This document shows, piece after piece, positions 53,548 to 64,000 of a stretch of DNA of 64,000 nucleotides. Where the stretch lies: NCBI GenBank assembly GCA_964035575.1, contig OZ037838.1, positions 1,054,001 through 1,118,000 of the forward strand, in the 5' to 3' direction. A model generated the notes under the pieces. That model was given only the letters and a program-made list of their open reading frames with translations, made no database searches and was not told the origin of the DNA. The number at the start of each line of letters is the position of its first letter. Positions within the stretch are counted from its first letter, which is position 1. Source of the stretch: Rhynchopus sp. YZ270_cl-10 (taxonomy: Eukaryota). The translations under genes and the position numbers were made by a program.

Positions 53548-56500
53548 ATGAGGGCGGGGCGTGTGCTTTGGCTCTGCCTGCTTGCTTCCTCCGTCCTAAA
53601 TGGGGTACACGGGTTTGACATGAAGTGCCAGCAGGTCATTCAAAGCCTTCTTACTCCGAAGATCACTGGGTGTTTGGTGCAGGATTTTTATGAGGTCGCG
53701 TACACGCAAGATTTTGGCGCGCAGGTGAATTTGGGGATCCCGTTGGCACCTATGCCGTATTTCAATCCATATTACCATACAGATGCTAACCTGCCACTGC
53801 CAAGCATCGCAGAGCTGGTTCGTGATGGCTACAGCATGGTCTGGGTTTTTCCTGCAAGCAAGGCATGTGGCGGGCTTCCCGCAGTCTGTGGAGCAACACC
53901 TTCTTGCTTCGATGCGTCACCGCTGCAGTCTGATAGAATCGCTCGGTCTCAGGTCATGCAGCTTTTTAAACAGGCAGCGAGCCTTCCAGCACAGCATCTA
54001 GAATTGTATTGTAGTGCTGATGCCATGGCATGCCCAGGCGAAACCCAAACTGAATCTTTCGATTATAAGCACTGCACCGGGGTTGTTGTCATCCAGGACA
54101 CCCCATTTCCTGGAGTGTCTGGCACTTCAGTTGCACCCCCTACCCCTTCCCCCGCCGCAGTAACCGCAGTGCCGAACACCTCAGGCGGGGGCGGGCCGGT
54201 TGCGCCGGATGAAACTGCAACACCGTCCACCCCTTTGCCCGCTGGGAGAACATATGTCCCTGCCCCACCACCTACCGACGCGCCCATCGCAGTCCCAACC
54301 GGGGTAACTCCAATCGCTGATGCACCGCAACTCCGTTTAGGAGATGGGTCCAAGGTAGTGTTGGAACAACGCAGTCTAGGTGCAGGAGGGAAGGTGTATG
54401 TCAATGTAGTAGGAAATGCACAGTTTGACGGTACGGCAATGAATACGTCGGTTGATGTGCAGTTATCCGAGATGTATAAGGGAAGGTTAGGTGATGCAGA
54501 TTTCGCTCGCGCGCAGGAAATGTTTTTGCAGTACACCCGAATCACCGGGGCGTTGCTGCCTTCCGTCGAAGGGGTGAAGGAGATGGAGATTTCTCTTGCA
54601 GTTGACGACAGCTTTCTTAACTTCGCCTGCGCCTTTGGCCTCTACATCCCCGATACCGACAGCACCGCGAACAACTCCCTCCCTTCCCTCCTCCACCTTA
54701 CCCTCACCGTCTCCAAACAAAGCCTCATCCCTGACAACGGTGCGACCATTCCAACGGATGGACACTACTCTCTTCCTTTTCAGGTTATCCTATCCGAGGC
54801 GGTAGTGTTTTACCGTGGTCTGTACCCAGAAGGGAGAAGCAATTTTCTTGTTGGAGAGAACCCGATATTTGAGGTGCGTCTTTGTGGTGATTACTTCAAT
54901 GCAGAGAGCCCTGAAGCAGGGTTTCTTGGATTGAATTTGATGCCGTTATTTCGGGTTGGCTCAGAGCCGGAGGGGGTGGTGATGAAGTCGGGGCTGAGCG
55001 AGGAAGGGGTCGCGCTTGAGAGGTCTTCTTCTTCTGCATATAACCGAGACGGTGCGGTATTGGAGGGAGCATCGTACGATATATTAAAGATCACGTTGAC
55101 AGCACCTAAATTCAATGAGGACAAAATGGGGGATAATTTTTCGATGTTGTTCTCGCTGAGAGGCGATGTGGATGGGTTCCCCGCATGGCAATTCGCTTCC
55201 GGGAAATTACCGCAAACTTCATCGTCTGGGGATATGAGTGGTACATCATTACACATTCGCATGCAAACCACATGCCTGCCAGGAGACCCCTGCGACTGCC
55301 CCCACCATTGCTGGCGTTGTGTTGGCGAGCACGGAGAATGTATATGCGCGCCCGGGTGGACCGGAGAGCTCTGCGATGAACAGTCGTCTCTCATGATCGC
55401 TACATCGCTGACTGGAGGCGCGGCTATTGCGTCCACTTCTCTGGATGTGATGTTGGCACAATCCTTTTTAACCCCGGTTCACACCCTCACCACCCTCCAA
55501 CTCCTATACTTTATAGGAAAGATGGAATGTACGAAGGGAGATTCTAAGGACGCAACCGCAGGGCTGGCGCTCACAGTTCGTCCCTTTTCGTGGGATTTTA
55601 GTACCTCAGAGACGTTTAATGTTATGGCAACGATGGTGGTACTGCAGATAGCTTTTGTGGTGTTGCATGTGACGGTGGTGGCGTGTGTTTTCATTGCGAC
55701 GAACAAAAATGTGAGGAGCTGGGCGGCAGCGGCAGCGAAGGTAGGGTTTCCGAATGTGTCGTTTGTTGTAATGGTGATTCTGTGCATTCCCACTCAGGGA
55801 AGCCTGGTGAACCAAGAGGAGATGTTTTCGATGGTGCCAGTAGTAGGTGTCATGGCGACGGTGGGGGTGGTGGGGATGATAGTCTTTTTGACATGGTTTG
55901 CGAGAAATTGCATTTCAGGGGATGCAGCGGTGCGCAATGCAGAGTTTCTTGAATTCAATTTGGGCAACACATCGTGCAACGCTCGTCTCGCTCTTTCGTC
56001 GCAAGGAGGCTCAATGATGAGGCTCTTCCGCATTTTTCTCCCCAAAGGCTATTGGAGCTCCCGGCATATTCAGAATAGAGGGTTCATGCACAGCTATGCG
56101 TTGGTCTTTCATGAGTACCTTCCGTCGACGGCAGTGTGGTTTCCGTTGTTGAGTTATATTCGTCTTCCGTTTCTGGCGTATTTAACGTATGAAGGGAGGA
56201 GTGGGTGTAAAGCGCGTGGTGTTGTTATCCTGGTCTTTTCCGTTCTGCACTGCGCTGTATGGTTGTATACGTCGCCGTTAAAGTCGATTGGTGCGAATGT
56301 AACGTTCGCATTTTCTTATGTAGTGTTCATCCTTCTGGTTGCAGCGTTCTTTTGGGTAGCTCCTGCGGTGCCTTTGTTGGTAATGCTTCTTCTTGTCGCA
56401 ATGATTTTTTTTTCGATTTGGCAGACCATCACCGTCATTTATACTAGAATTAAACAACCAAAACGGAAAAGCTTTGCAACGAAGGAAGAATACGAAGACG

Positions 56501-58116
56501 ACCTACAAAGCCCCCCGCGCGCCATCGATGAGGCTAAGGTGTTGGAAATATCATCCAAAAAATCTGGAGAAGATGTCATAAATCTTGCGAGGTCCGGCAC
56601 AACGAAGTACTGCGAAGTGCATTCAATGGTGATCGCGGTGTTTTCTTCTCGCTCTTCACATGGCGCTGAATGTGTCATCCCCTTTGGAGAATGTGAAGTA
56701 GAGTTCACCGGGGGAGGCTTCATCTTCAAAAATTACAAACCCCGCAAAAATTTGGTCCTGCTCCCAAGCTCCCCCGAGAAGGCTGCCCGACTCTGGACGC
56801 TCCTCAGCGAAATTAAAATGGGGGCAACGCGCCTCGTTCCTACCAATGCGGCACCTCTTACGACGCAGGACCGTACAGAGTACTACACTCTTTCCGAAGA
56901 GGATGCGATACCTACTTCAACAGGACGTTATATACCATGTGTCAAAAATGGGAGCAGACCGAGGGATTCGCCTTCAATGGCCTTTCGTATGCAGGGTAGT
57001 GCAAGGTTGTTGATGCATGAGGTGAACAGAGGGCAGCTCAGTGCAGTGCAACAGAAGGTGCTTCACGCAGAGCTATCAGTACTAAGCAGACTCCGAAACG
57101 ATTTTTTGTTGTCCGCGGAGAACCCTTTCGAGACCACTTCGCATATCAAATGGGTAGTAAAATACGCGCATCTTGGAAATCTTGCACACCATATAACGAC
57201 CTCTGGAAAGATGGACGAAGCTACCGCCGCATTTTTCTTCGCAGAAGCGCTTCTCGGAATGGAACACCTTCACGCTAATAACATCATTTTCAGAAATTTT
57301 TCTCCGACAGATATTTTATTTGAACGTGGGGGCCACGTAGTATTGTCCTGCCCCGGGGTTCCACACCCGGTTTCTGAAGAAAAATGGGGTTACGTTGCAC
57401 CGGAAGTTCTTTCCCTAAACGACCCCACTGAAAAATCGGATGTTTTTTCGTTGGGGTGTGTACTTTATTTCATGACGCATGGGGTGGCACCGTTTAATGG
57501 ATCGACAGCAGAGATTGTGAAGAGAATGGTTCTCGCGAAGTCACCGCATATTCAGGACGTCGGAAGCGAGCTTCGCGAGGTGCTCTCTTCATGTCTCCAG
57601 AAGGACCCGAAAGCACGGCGTGTCGTTTCAAATGTCAAAACGTTTGCGTGGTTTTCTTCTCGAGGGGCCGATTTTACAGCGATTTCGAGGCGAACAGTAT
57701 CTCCCCCTCTGTTAGGAGCCGCGCCAAGGCTGTGTGATAGCGTCGTGTACGCAGAGGAGACGACAAATCCGTTGTTGGTTTTGTTTGAGTCAAAGAGCTC
57801 CGCATCATCAAGGAAGGATAGGGGGGAGACCACGACGGACACGGAGGATGCACAAAAGGGGACCAAGGCGTTGCTCGAACCTAGCGAGGGGAATAGCACC
57901 CCAATCTCTGGGAGTAAAGTGTCGTCCACTCTTTCGGTGGCGTCTTCTGCGCCGCTTTCTCCAAGAGGAGCAAATGTACCATGTGACGCAAGCCTGGGAG
58001 GAACGACCCTCAGCTGTGCAGGGAGTGCGGTGGAGAAGGAGGAGGAGAAGGAGAAAGAGCTGGACACACCCCCATTAAAGCTTTCGGGGGTGAATGCCAA
58101 AGGTGGATTGGAATGA
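53548..58116 (+). CDS. Signal peptide - ectodomain - EGF-like - multipass TM - PH-like - AGC-like pseudokinase, 1522 aa
   Basis: N-terminal signal peptide, Pro/Thr stalk, EGF-like CVGEHGECICAPGWTGELC, ~7-9 hydrophobic helices, then kinase-fold motifs (ELSVLSRLRNDFL, LGMEHLHANNIIFRNFSPTDIL, GYVAPEVL, KSDVFSLGCVLY, CLQKDPKAR). Confidence 0.85.
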   Translation: MRAGRVLWLCLLASSVLNGVHGFDMKCQQVIQSLLTPKITGCLVQDFYEVAYTQDFGAQVNLGIPLAPMPYFNPYYHTDANLPLPSIAELVRDGYSMVWVFPASKACGGLPAVCGATPSCFDASPLQSDRIARSQVMQLFKQAASLPAQHLELYCSADAMACPGETQTESFDYKHCTGVVVIQDTPFPGVSGTSVAPPTPSPAAVTAVPNTSGGGGPVAPDETATPSTPLPAGRTYVPAPPPTDAPIAVPTGVTPIADAPQLRLGDGSKVVLEQRSLGAGGKVYVNVVGNAQFDGTAMNTSVDVQLSEMYKGRLGDADFARAQEMFLQYTRITGALLPSVEGVKEMEISLAVDDSFLNFACAFGLYIPDTDSTANNSLPSLLHLTLTVSKQSLIPDNGATIPTDGHYSLPFQVILSEAVVFYRGLYPEGRSNFLVGENPIFEVRLCGDYFNAESPEAGFLGLNLMPLFRVGSEPEGVVMKSGLSEEGVALERSSSSAYNRDGAVLEGASYDILKITLTAPKFNEDKMGDNFSMLFSLRGDVDGFPAWQFASGKLPQTSSSGDMSGTSLHIRMQTTCLPGDPCDCPHHCWRCVGEHGECICAPGWTGELCDEQSSLMIATSLTGGAAIASTSLDVMLAQSFLTPVHTLTTLQLLYFIGKMECTKGDSKDATAGLALTVRPFSWDFSTSETFNVMATMVVLQIAFVVLHVTVVACVFIATNKNVRSWAAAAAKVGFPNVSFVVMVILCIPTQGSLVNQEEMFSMVPVVGVMATVGVVGMIVFLTWFARNCISGDAAVRNAEFLEFNLGNTSCNARLALSSQGGSMMRLFRIFLPKGYWSSRHIQNRGFMHSYALVFHEYLPSTAVWFPLLSYIRLPFLAYLTYEGRSGCKARGVVILVFSVLHCAVWLYTSPLKSIGANVTFAFSYVVFILLVAAFFWVAPAVPLLVMLLLVAMIFFSIWQTITVIYTRIKQPKRKSFATKEEYEDDLQSPPRAIDEAKVLEISSKKSGEDVINLARSGTTKYCEVHSMVIAVFSSRSSHGAECVIPFGECEVEFTGGGFIFKNYKPRKNLVLLPSSPEKAARLWTLLSEIKMGATRLVPTNAAPLTTQDRTEYYTLSEEDAIPTSTGRYIPCVKNGSRPRDSPSMAFRMQGSARLLMHEVNRGQLSAVQQKVLHAELSVLSRLRNDFLLSAENPFETTSHIKWVVKYAHLGNLAHHITTSGKMDEATAAFFFAEALLGMEHLHANNIIFRNFSPTDILFERGGHVVLSCPGVPHPVSEEKWGYVAPEVLSLNDPTEKSDVFSLGCVLYFMTHGVAPFNGSTAEIVKRMVLAKSPHIQDVGSELREVLSSCLQKDPKARRVVSNVKTFAWFSSRGADFTAISRRTVSPPLLGAAPRLCDSVVYAEETTNPLLVLFESKSSASSRKDRGETTTDTEDAQKGTKALLEPSEGNSTPISGSKVSSTLSVASSAPLSPRGANVPCDASLGGTTLSCAGSAVEKEEEKEKELDTPPLKLSGVNAKGGLE

Positions 58117-61100
58117 AAGGAAAATATAAAAAAAGGTGGGGGGGAAATGGATGATTTGGGTTAGGGGGGTGACGGGGAAGGGGGGGGATTTTTTTTTTGA
58201 AAGAAAGTGGAGTCGGTAGGGGTTGTTATGTGTTTGTTTTGTTTTTGGTGACTAAGCATGAAAGGCTTAGGTTCATTTTATAAACTTTTCCCTTTTTTTA
58301 AAGTAGTAGTAGATGTTCCAACAGCGGAGCATTGCCAAATGTGGATGTGTGTATGGGGGTACCCAACTCTGTGTGTTTGTGTTATTGAAAAAAGCTGGTC
58401 AAAAAAAAAAAAAAAAAAAACTTTGGAAGGTGCAGAAAAACAAAGCGAACAGGAGATAGTATTGTTGACGCATCGACCCATATGGTATCATCTCTTGTTC
58501 ACTTTTTTTACCTGTTTTTTTTTCTTGCTTTCTTTTCGTTTCGCTAAGAAAAGAAAGTATATGAAATAAATTTCTTTTTTTGGGTTTTTTTTTTGTATCC
58601 TGTGAATGGGAGATACGGGCAAACCCAGATCTCTTATTCCCTGCAAGAACAGGCCAACAGCCCATATCTTAACCCTTATCTCCTGTTCGCCCCTTATCTC
58701 TTATTCACCCCCAAATCTCTTATTCACCCCCCCCAGTAAGAAGGTGCCTTGGTGAGCGGGTTGACACTTTATGTACACCCCTGGCCGCTTTGGGCATGAG
58801 TAAGGTGAGTCTTTTGTGTCTCACTTCATTGTTTCTTCTTTTTCTTCTTTTTCTTCCTTTTTGAACAACGTTGCCAAACGAATTTTTGGATCTGTCCAAA
58901 AACACAATGTACTCCCTTTTTATTAAAAGGTGAACGTGACTAAGCCATGATATGCTTAGCTCAACTGACCGACATTAGTTTTTCTTTTTCTTTTTTGATG
59001 ACATCCGCTTCTCTTCGCTCTCTTCTAAGGGTCCTGCGAAGAAAAAAATCGTGGCGGCTAGACCTGATAGCGATCCAAAAAATCAAACACAAATGTGCTT
59101 GGTGCTAGTCCTGTTCTCTTAGCAGAGGGGAACGAAACGGTCTAAAAATCCAACAAAAAATTTGTTTCTGATCTGTACTGCTGGATGTACCTTTGGGTCC
59201 TTTTTTTTATTTTCTTTTGTTCCCCACTCCCTGTTTTTTCGTGGAAATGTGAGTGAAAATGGAAAAAAAAATCTTTTCAAAAAACCCCTGTTACAAAAAA
59301 AAATAACCTATAGCGGAGCACACTCTAGGGTGGCTACACTAATATAACCAAGTTTTCAAAAAACCTGCTCGAAGTTGTATCACCGACTCCTTCTTCTATA
59401 CCATTACCATTTTTCTACTCCCCCTTTTCCCTTCTTCAGAAAGTTACCGTGCGACAGCAAACCCCTAGGGGGTGTTTTTTTCTTTTCTTTTTTTCCCTTT
59501 TCAAGGTGATAAAGATGTAAGAGGCCTTGGAGCAAGGTGTTAGGTGTGTTAGGTGTGTTGGGGTCATCTTATTCACTTTTCTTTTGAAGCTTTGCGTTTT
59601 TCTCTTTTGTTATTTTTATTTTTATTTTTTTGCCCCTTTCAGTTCCTTCATTTTCTTTTTGGGGTATTTTTTTCCCCCCTATTCACGCATTTAGGGTATG
59701 TTGTTACGCAAAACCAAGATTACCCTTTTTTTCTTCTCCGTTTTCAATTTATTGAATGCATATGGTGAAACATTTTGTTAACTTATCTACAGCTTGCAGA
59801 TTCGGCAGAAGGGCTGGCACAGTGCCTGCCATCATCACCTTGAGATGTCTGCACGTTATCAAAAGCATGTTGCCTTTTTTTAAAACTAAGTCAGTGCCTG
59901 CCTCCCAGAGGCACTATCCACTTTACGATTTTTTTTTGACTGGTATTCTTTCTTGCTGTCATTTATTTGTTTTCTTGTATCTATGATTTTGCGCAAGAAG
60001 TTATTGTTTTTATCGCTCCACCCGATTTTGACTGAATTTTTTTTGGTGCAGTTTGGGGAAATTTAAAAACCACCAAAACTCCCCCAAATTTCAGGCGCAA
60101 AATCAGGTGGTCGTTTCAAAGCGTTTATTTTCTCATAGCAAATTATCTCTACGTCAGTGAGAGAGAACCACATCAAAAAAAAAAAAAAACGTGGAGATTG
60201 GGTGAAGGAACGACAAAGTTACACTCTTCAGAACTCTGAGGTGGGGTTTTTTTCCCCCCATCCGATGTTTGTTGCGTGACTGTATCTGTGGTCTCATATA
60301 ACCCCTTAAAAACCGGTGATAGGTCATACCTTCAAGAATGAATGAAGAATGAAGATAATACACTATAATATAAACATAGAACGAAAACTGGGAAGTACAC
60401 CCAGATTATCGCTGCCCTTGAGGCGAGATGACATTACGTGTATTTGACACGAAACCCCTTGGATACTGTGCACAAGAGGGAGGGTACGCGGTACGAAAAA
60501 AAAGATCGAACCAAAAACTTCTCGATTTCCCCCCCTTTTTTCTTTTTTCCCTTCTCAACTGGGATGGCACAGACATAGTGATAAAAACAGTCAAAACACA
60601 CGGAGAATATACTCTGAATGCACTCCCAGTATCCGTTCTGAGATTCGTTTTAGGACGTTTCAATTTTTTCTCTTTTGTTTGTTCATTTTTCTGGGATTTG
60701 AGATACCCCATGTCTTTTTCAGTGTCTCCGGAGTGATGTGATTTTTTTATATAGAAAGGTTATTGGGAGAGGAAATCAACGAAAAATTCTTTTTCTGATT
60801 TCGTTTCTTTTATCAGGCTAGCTTAAACTCAGATATCAGTTTTTTATTTTTTTTATATAGTCAGTGCCTGCGTCCCAGAGGCGTTTGCAACTGTCAACTC
60901 CACCTTTTTTTTTTTATGTGACCATTTGATTGTCTTAGTGTAGACACCCGAGGATGAGCTCCGCATACTGAACCTTTTATTTTATTTTATTTACTTTTTG
61001 TGTCACGAGAGGTCCCAAGCCACAAGGCGGCACCAAGAACAGTGGTGCAGGTTGGGTTGCTTTTGAACTCCGCCGTTTTTTTCCCCATTAGCCCCTCTGA

Positions 61101-61659
61101 TAGAGCCCGAAGACATGACCCTCTTGTTTGGCTTCTTAACTGAATTTTTTTTTCATGTCTTTTTTACAAAGTTGTTCGCACCAGAAAATTTTTTTTTCTG
61201 CTTTTTTTTTTCTGCTTCACAATCTACGTATCTGAGGCAGTTGGTTGATCTCAACCATTTTTTATTTTCTATTTTCAAAAAAATGTGCGAGGGGGGTTTT
61301 TTTTTTGCGCCTTTTTTCTGTTCTCTTTTTTTTTTCTCTTCAAGTTGTCTTTCTCAGATGTGTTGAGTGCCTCCCCCCCCATTGCATTCCCCCTTGCATT
61401 TTTCAAGTTTTGCTAAAGAAAGCAAGGGTACATTTGTCGCACCCTCTTTGCTTTCTTTTCGTTTCTTTAAGAAAAGAAAGTATATGAAATAAGTTTTGCT
61501 TCCTCTCTTTAGGTAAAACGTGCAAAAGGGCGACCTTGCCAACCTTCCTTCATCCCCCCCCAGGGAAACCGAAGGTGAAGTAAGGTATAGTATTGAAACC
61601 AGGCTTCGCGCTAACTTTTGGGGGAAAAAAATCTGAAAGATACGGTTCCTATACATAGC

Positions 61660-64000
61660 GCTCCAATTAGACTCTAACTAGATAATTAGAGTCGGCAGTT
61701 CGAGTATAATTAGAGTCTTTAAAACTCTAACTGAACTCTAATACTCTAACTGGACTCTAATTAGAGTCTAATTAGAGTCCTATAAGAGGGTCAATAAAGA
61801 GGGGCACATCAATCAATGCTATAGCCATCAACCCAGGGGGCATAGCTAGTGCAAGAAATTCGACTTTGTAATCCAGAAAGTCTGTTCTCTGCTTGCAGAG
61901 AACCAGACACAAGAAAATATTGTTTGTTCCCCCAGAAAACCAGTGCACAATTCACACTCCTTGTGGGTGGTCTTATTGCCTTTCCCTCCCTCCCTAGCAC
62001 TTTCCCTCCCTCCCTGGCCGGACCCCAGGGAGTTTACTTTCCGCAAAAAAATTTTTTTTTGGCAAAGACAATTTTCAGCCAAAAAAAAATTTTTTTTTTG
62101 GGCTCACATCAGGGCTTCCCGCAGGATCTGGGGTTTTGGCTTCCCAGGGGGACCAGCCAAAAAAAGGTGAAAAAAATTTTTTTTTCGCGCCTTGTTGTGT
62201 GTGGTGTGTAGTACTAACGCTGACGCTACATTACGTTACGCGCCTCTACGCACTTTAAGCGGTCAAAAATCTTTTTTTTCGCCTCCGGCGAAAATGTCCC
62301 GGTAAACCGTTAAAACTGCTGCATTCACTCGCATATTGCATATCATCTCACGTTCCCCACCTTTGCAGACATTTCCTAGTAGGGGACGAAAGTTGTTGGC
62401 GAAGCCACGGTACGCAGCATTTCAAAATATTGTGCTTAAAATTGCACTATTTTACAGCCAAACTATGTCATGGGTGGCTTGCAATCTTGCGCCGCAGGCG
62501 CACGGTACGCTACTTTTTTCCTTGGCCCCGAAGAGGCAGAAAATAGCGGTTGCAAAGAACCACGAGTATGCCTCATGAACAAAGTGACCCCGTCACAGCC
62601 AGAACGCGACTCAATTGGTCAAACGCCGAAGGAAAAGGAAGCATGCAGCGTGGCGAAATAAGGCCTGAGCAGATAACTTGGGACTCCGCCGGTCGCTTTG
62701 CAAATTCCATTATGGAAATCTGTCTTGGTCCGGAGGACTTTTTTGGTGCCATCTTTTCCCCCTGTTAGTTGCCTGTATTTGGATGCGCGGCGACGGGAGG
62801 GTAGGAAAAGTTTAAAAAAAATGTGGAAAATTCCTAATAGGCAGCCTCGGAACACTCAACGGCAGGCTGGTCCCCCCTGGTCCCCCCTTATTTTTTTCTT
62901 TTTTCCCCAGGGGGACCAGTGGTCCCCCCTGGTCCCCCCTGTGGGAAGCCCTGTCACATGGGCCCAAAAATGCAACAAACCGAAAAATTTTGATGTTTTG
63001 AGCACCACATATTTACCAACTGGTTACTTTCCCTTTGGGAAAGTGATCTCCCCGGGAAATCACTTTCCGGGGGGGGGAAAATAGCACTTTTTTGCATTTT
63101 AACGCTCGGGAAAGTGCCTAGTCGGGAGGTAAAGCCTCATCCCTCCCTCCCAAGGCCCCTCGGGAACCCCTCGGGAAAACAAAAAATGCCTCGGGCCTTC
63201 GGCCCTCGCTGCATTTTTTATTTTCCCTCTGGGATCCCTCGGGACCTATGGGAGGGAGGGAAATAGCTATTTTAGCACAGGCATTTTGGCCCAGGGGCAT
63301 GCACTTGAAGCATGGCTATTTAGTGTGTATGGGGCAGTGTTGTTTTGTTATGAATTCTCTTTGGTATTGTCGATCGCGGGTAGTTGTTCAACGCGAGGCT
63401 TGGATCTCTCCTGGGTTCATAAGTAGTATTTCTTCGGATGAAATGAACGTATGCTCGCTATAGATTTCCCGTCAACACAGCCTTTGATACTGGGATTACC
63501 CCTTCGACCCCTTAGTGGTAGTTAAATTCGATTGATATTTACATTCCTACAGATGAAAGAACAAGACACCACTTCTGTACCCGCGCATCAACATTTGTAG
63601 AAAATTTTGCACCCCAAACACCTTCAATAATGCCCGCCAAAAGGCGCCCCTTGTTGCTGGGAGTTTCTCATGTTTGATACCTGCACAGCAGGCATTCCTC
63701 TGAGTCCAACGCTGCTTGGCCTGTCTGCGGCGTTGCACCGAAGGTGCACATAGAGTTTTTGCATCGCATTCCCTAATGTATGGGGCACTCACACTTGAGG
63801 GCATGTGCCACTGCGCGGGTCTGAGTACCTGGGTACCCATAGCTGAGAATAAGCCGAGTCCCGGTACTGGGTACTAGGTACAGTAGGACTAGGACTAGGC
63901 CCCCACCCTCCCGCGACCGGGTCCCCGACCCGCTTTCAGGCGGACCACAGCGCCTTCACATATTGTGTCCCAGTCCGGCTGAGAACTCGGTTCCCCAAGT
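61660..64000. mobile_element. Patchwork of non-autonomous transposon sequence related to 48.2-50.3 kb and 13.8-14.1 kb; ends not defined
   Basis: Shared blocks: 61817-61935 with 49509-49635; 62576-62655 with 48443-48525; 62402-62518 with the reverse complement of 48530-48645; 63600-63840 with the reverse complement of 13820-14045. Confidence 0.65.

Overview
Eukaryotic (protist-like, probably euglenozoan/diplonemid-type by inference) genomic DNA. All host genes are intronless and on the + strand, separated by AT-rich, transposon-dense spacers. The dominant feature is a family of 11 genes (plus the tail of a 12th at the window start) in two clusters, ~0.85-11.2 kb and ~32.2-42.4 kb. Each encodes a near-invariant N-terminal ubiquitin-like domain fused to a 7-bladed WD40-like beta-propeller. 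The propeller framework is conserved, but about 14 short loop segments differ almost completely between copies and appear shuffled among them. This constant/variable layout suggests a diversified recognition repertoire coupled to the ubiquitin system (inference). Other genes: a second, frameshifted Ubl-propeller gene whose deletion derivatives form spacers of the array, a p25-alpha/TPPP protein, an F-box-like multipass membrane protein, a receptor-type pseudo-cyclase and a large EGF/multipass-TM/pseudokinase protein. Mobile DNA: an intact DD37E Tc1-like transposon and many non-autonomous TIR elements (TA, TTAA, TWA, 2-bp and 6-bp TSDs), often nested. One carries three long perfect microsatellites, and three unrelated TA-type elements sit in the same G-TA-TATGAA target motif. 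Two short dispersed repeat families occur only in the sense orientation. All assignments are by eye; no database searches were run.
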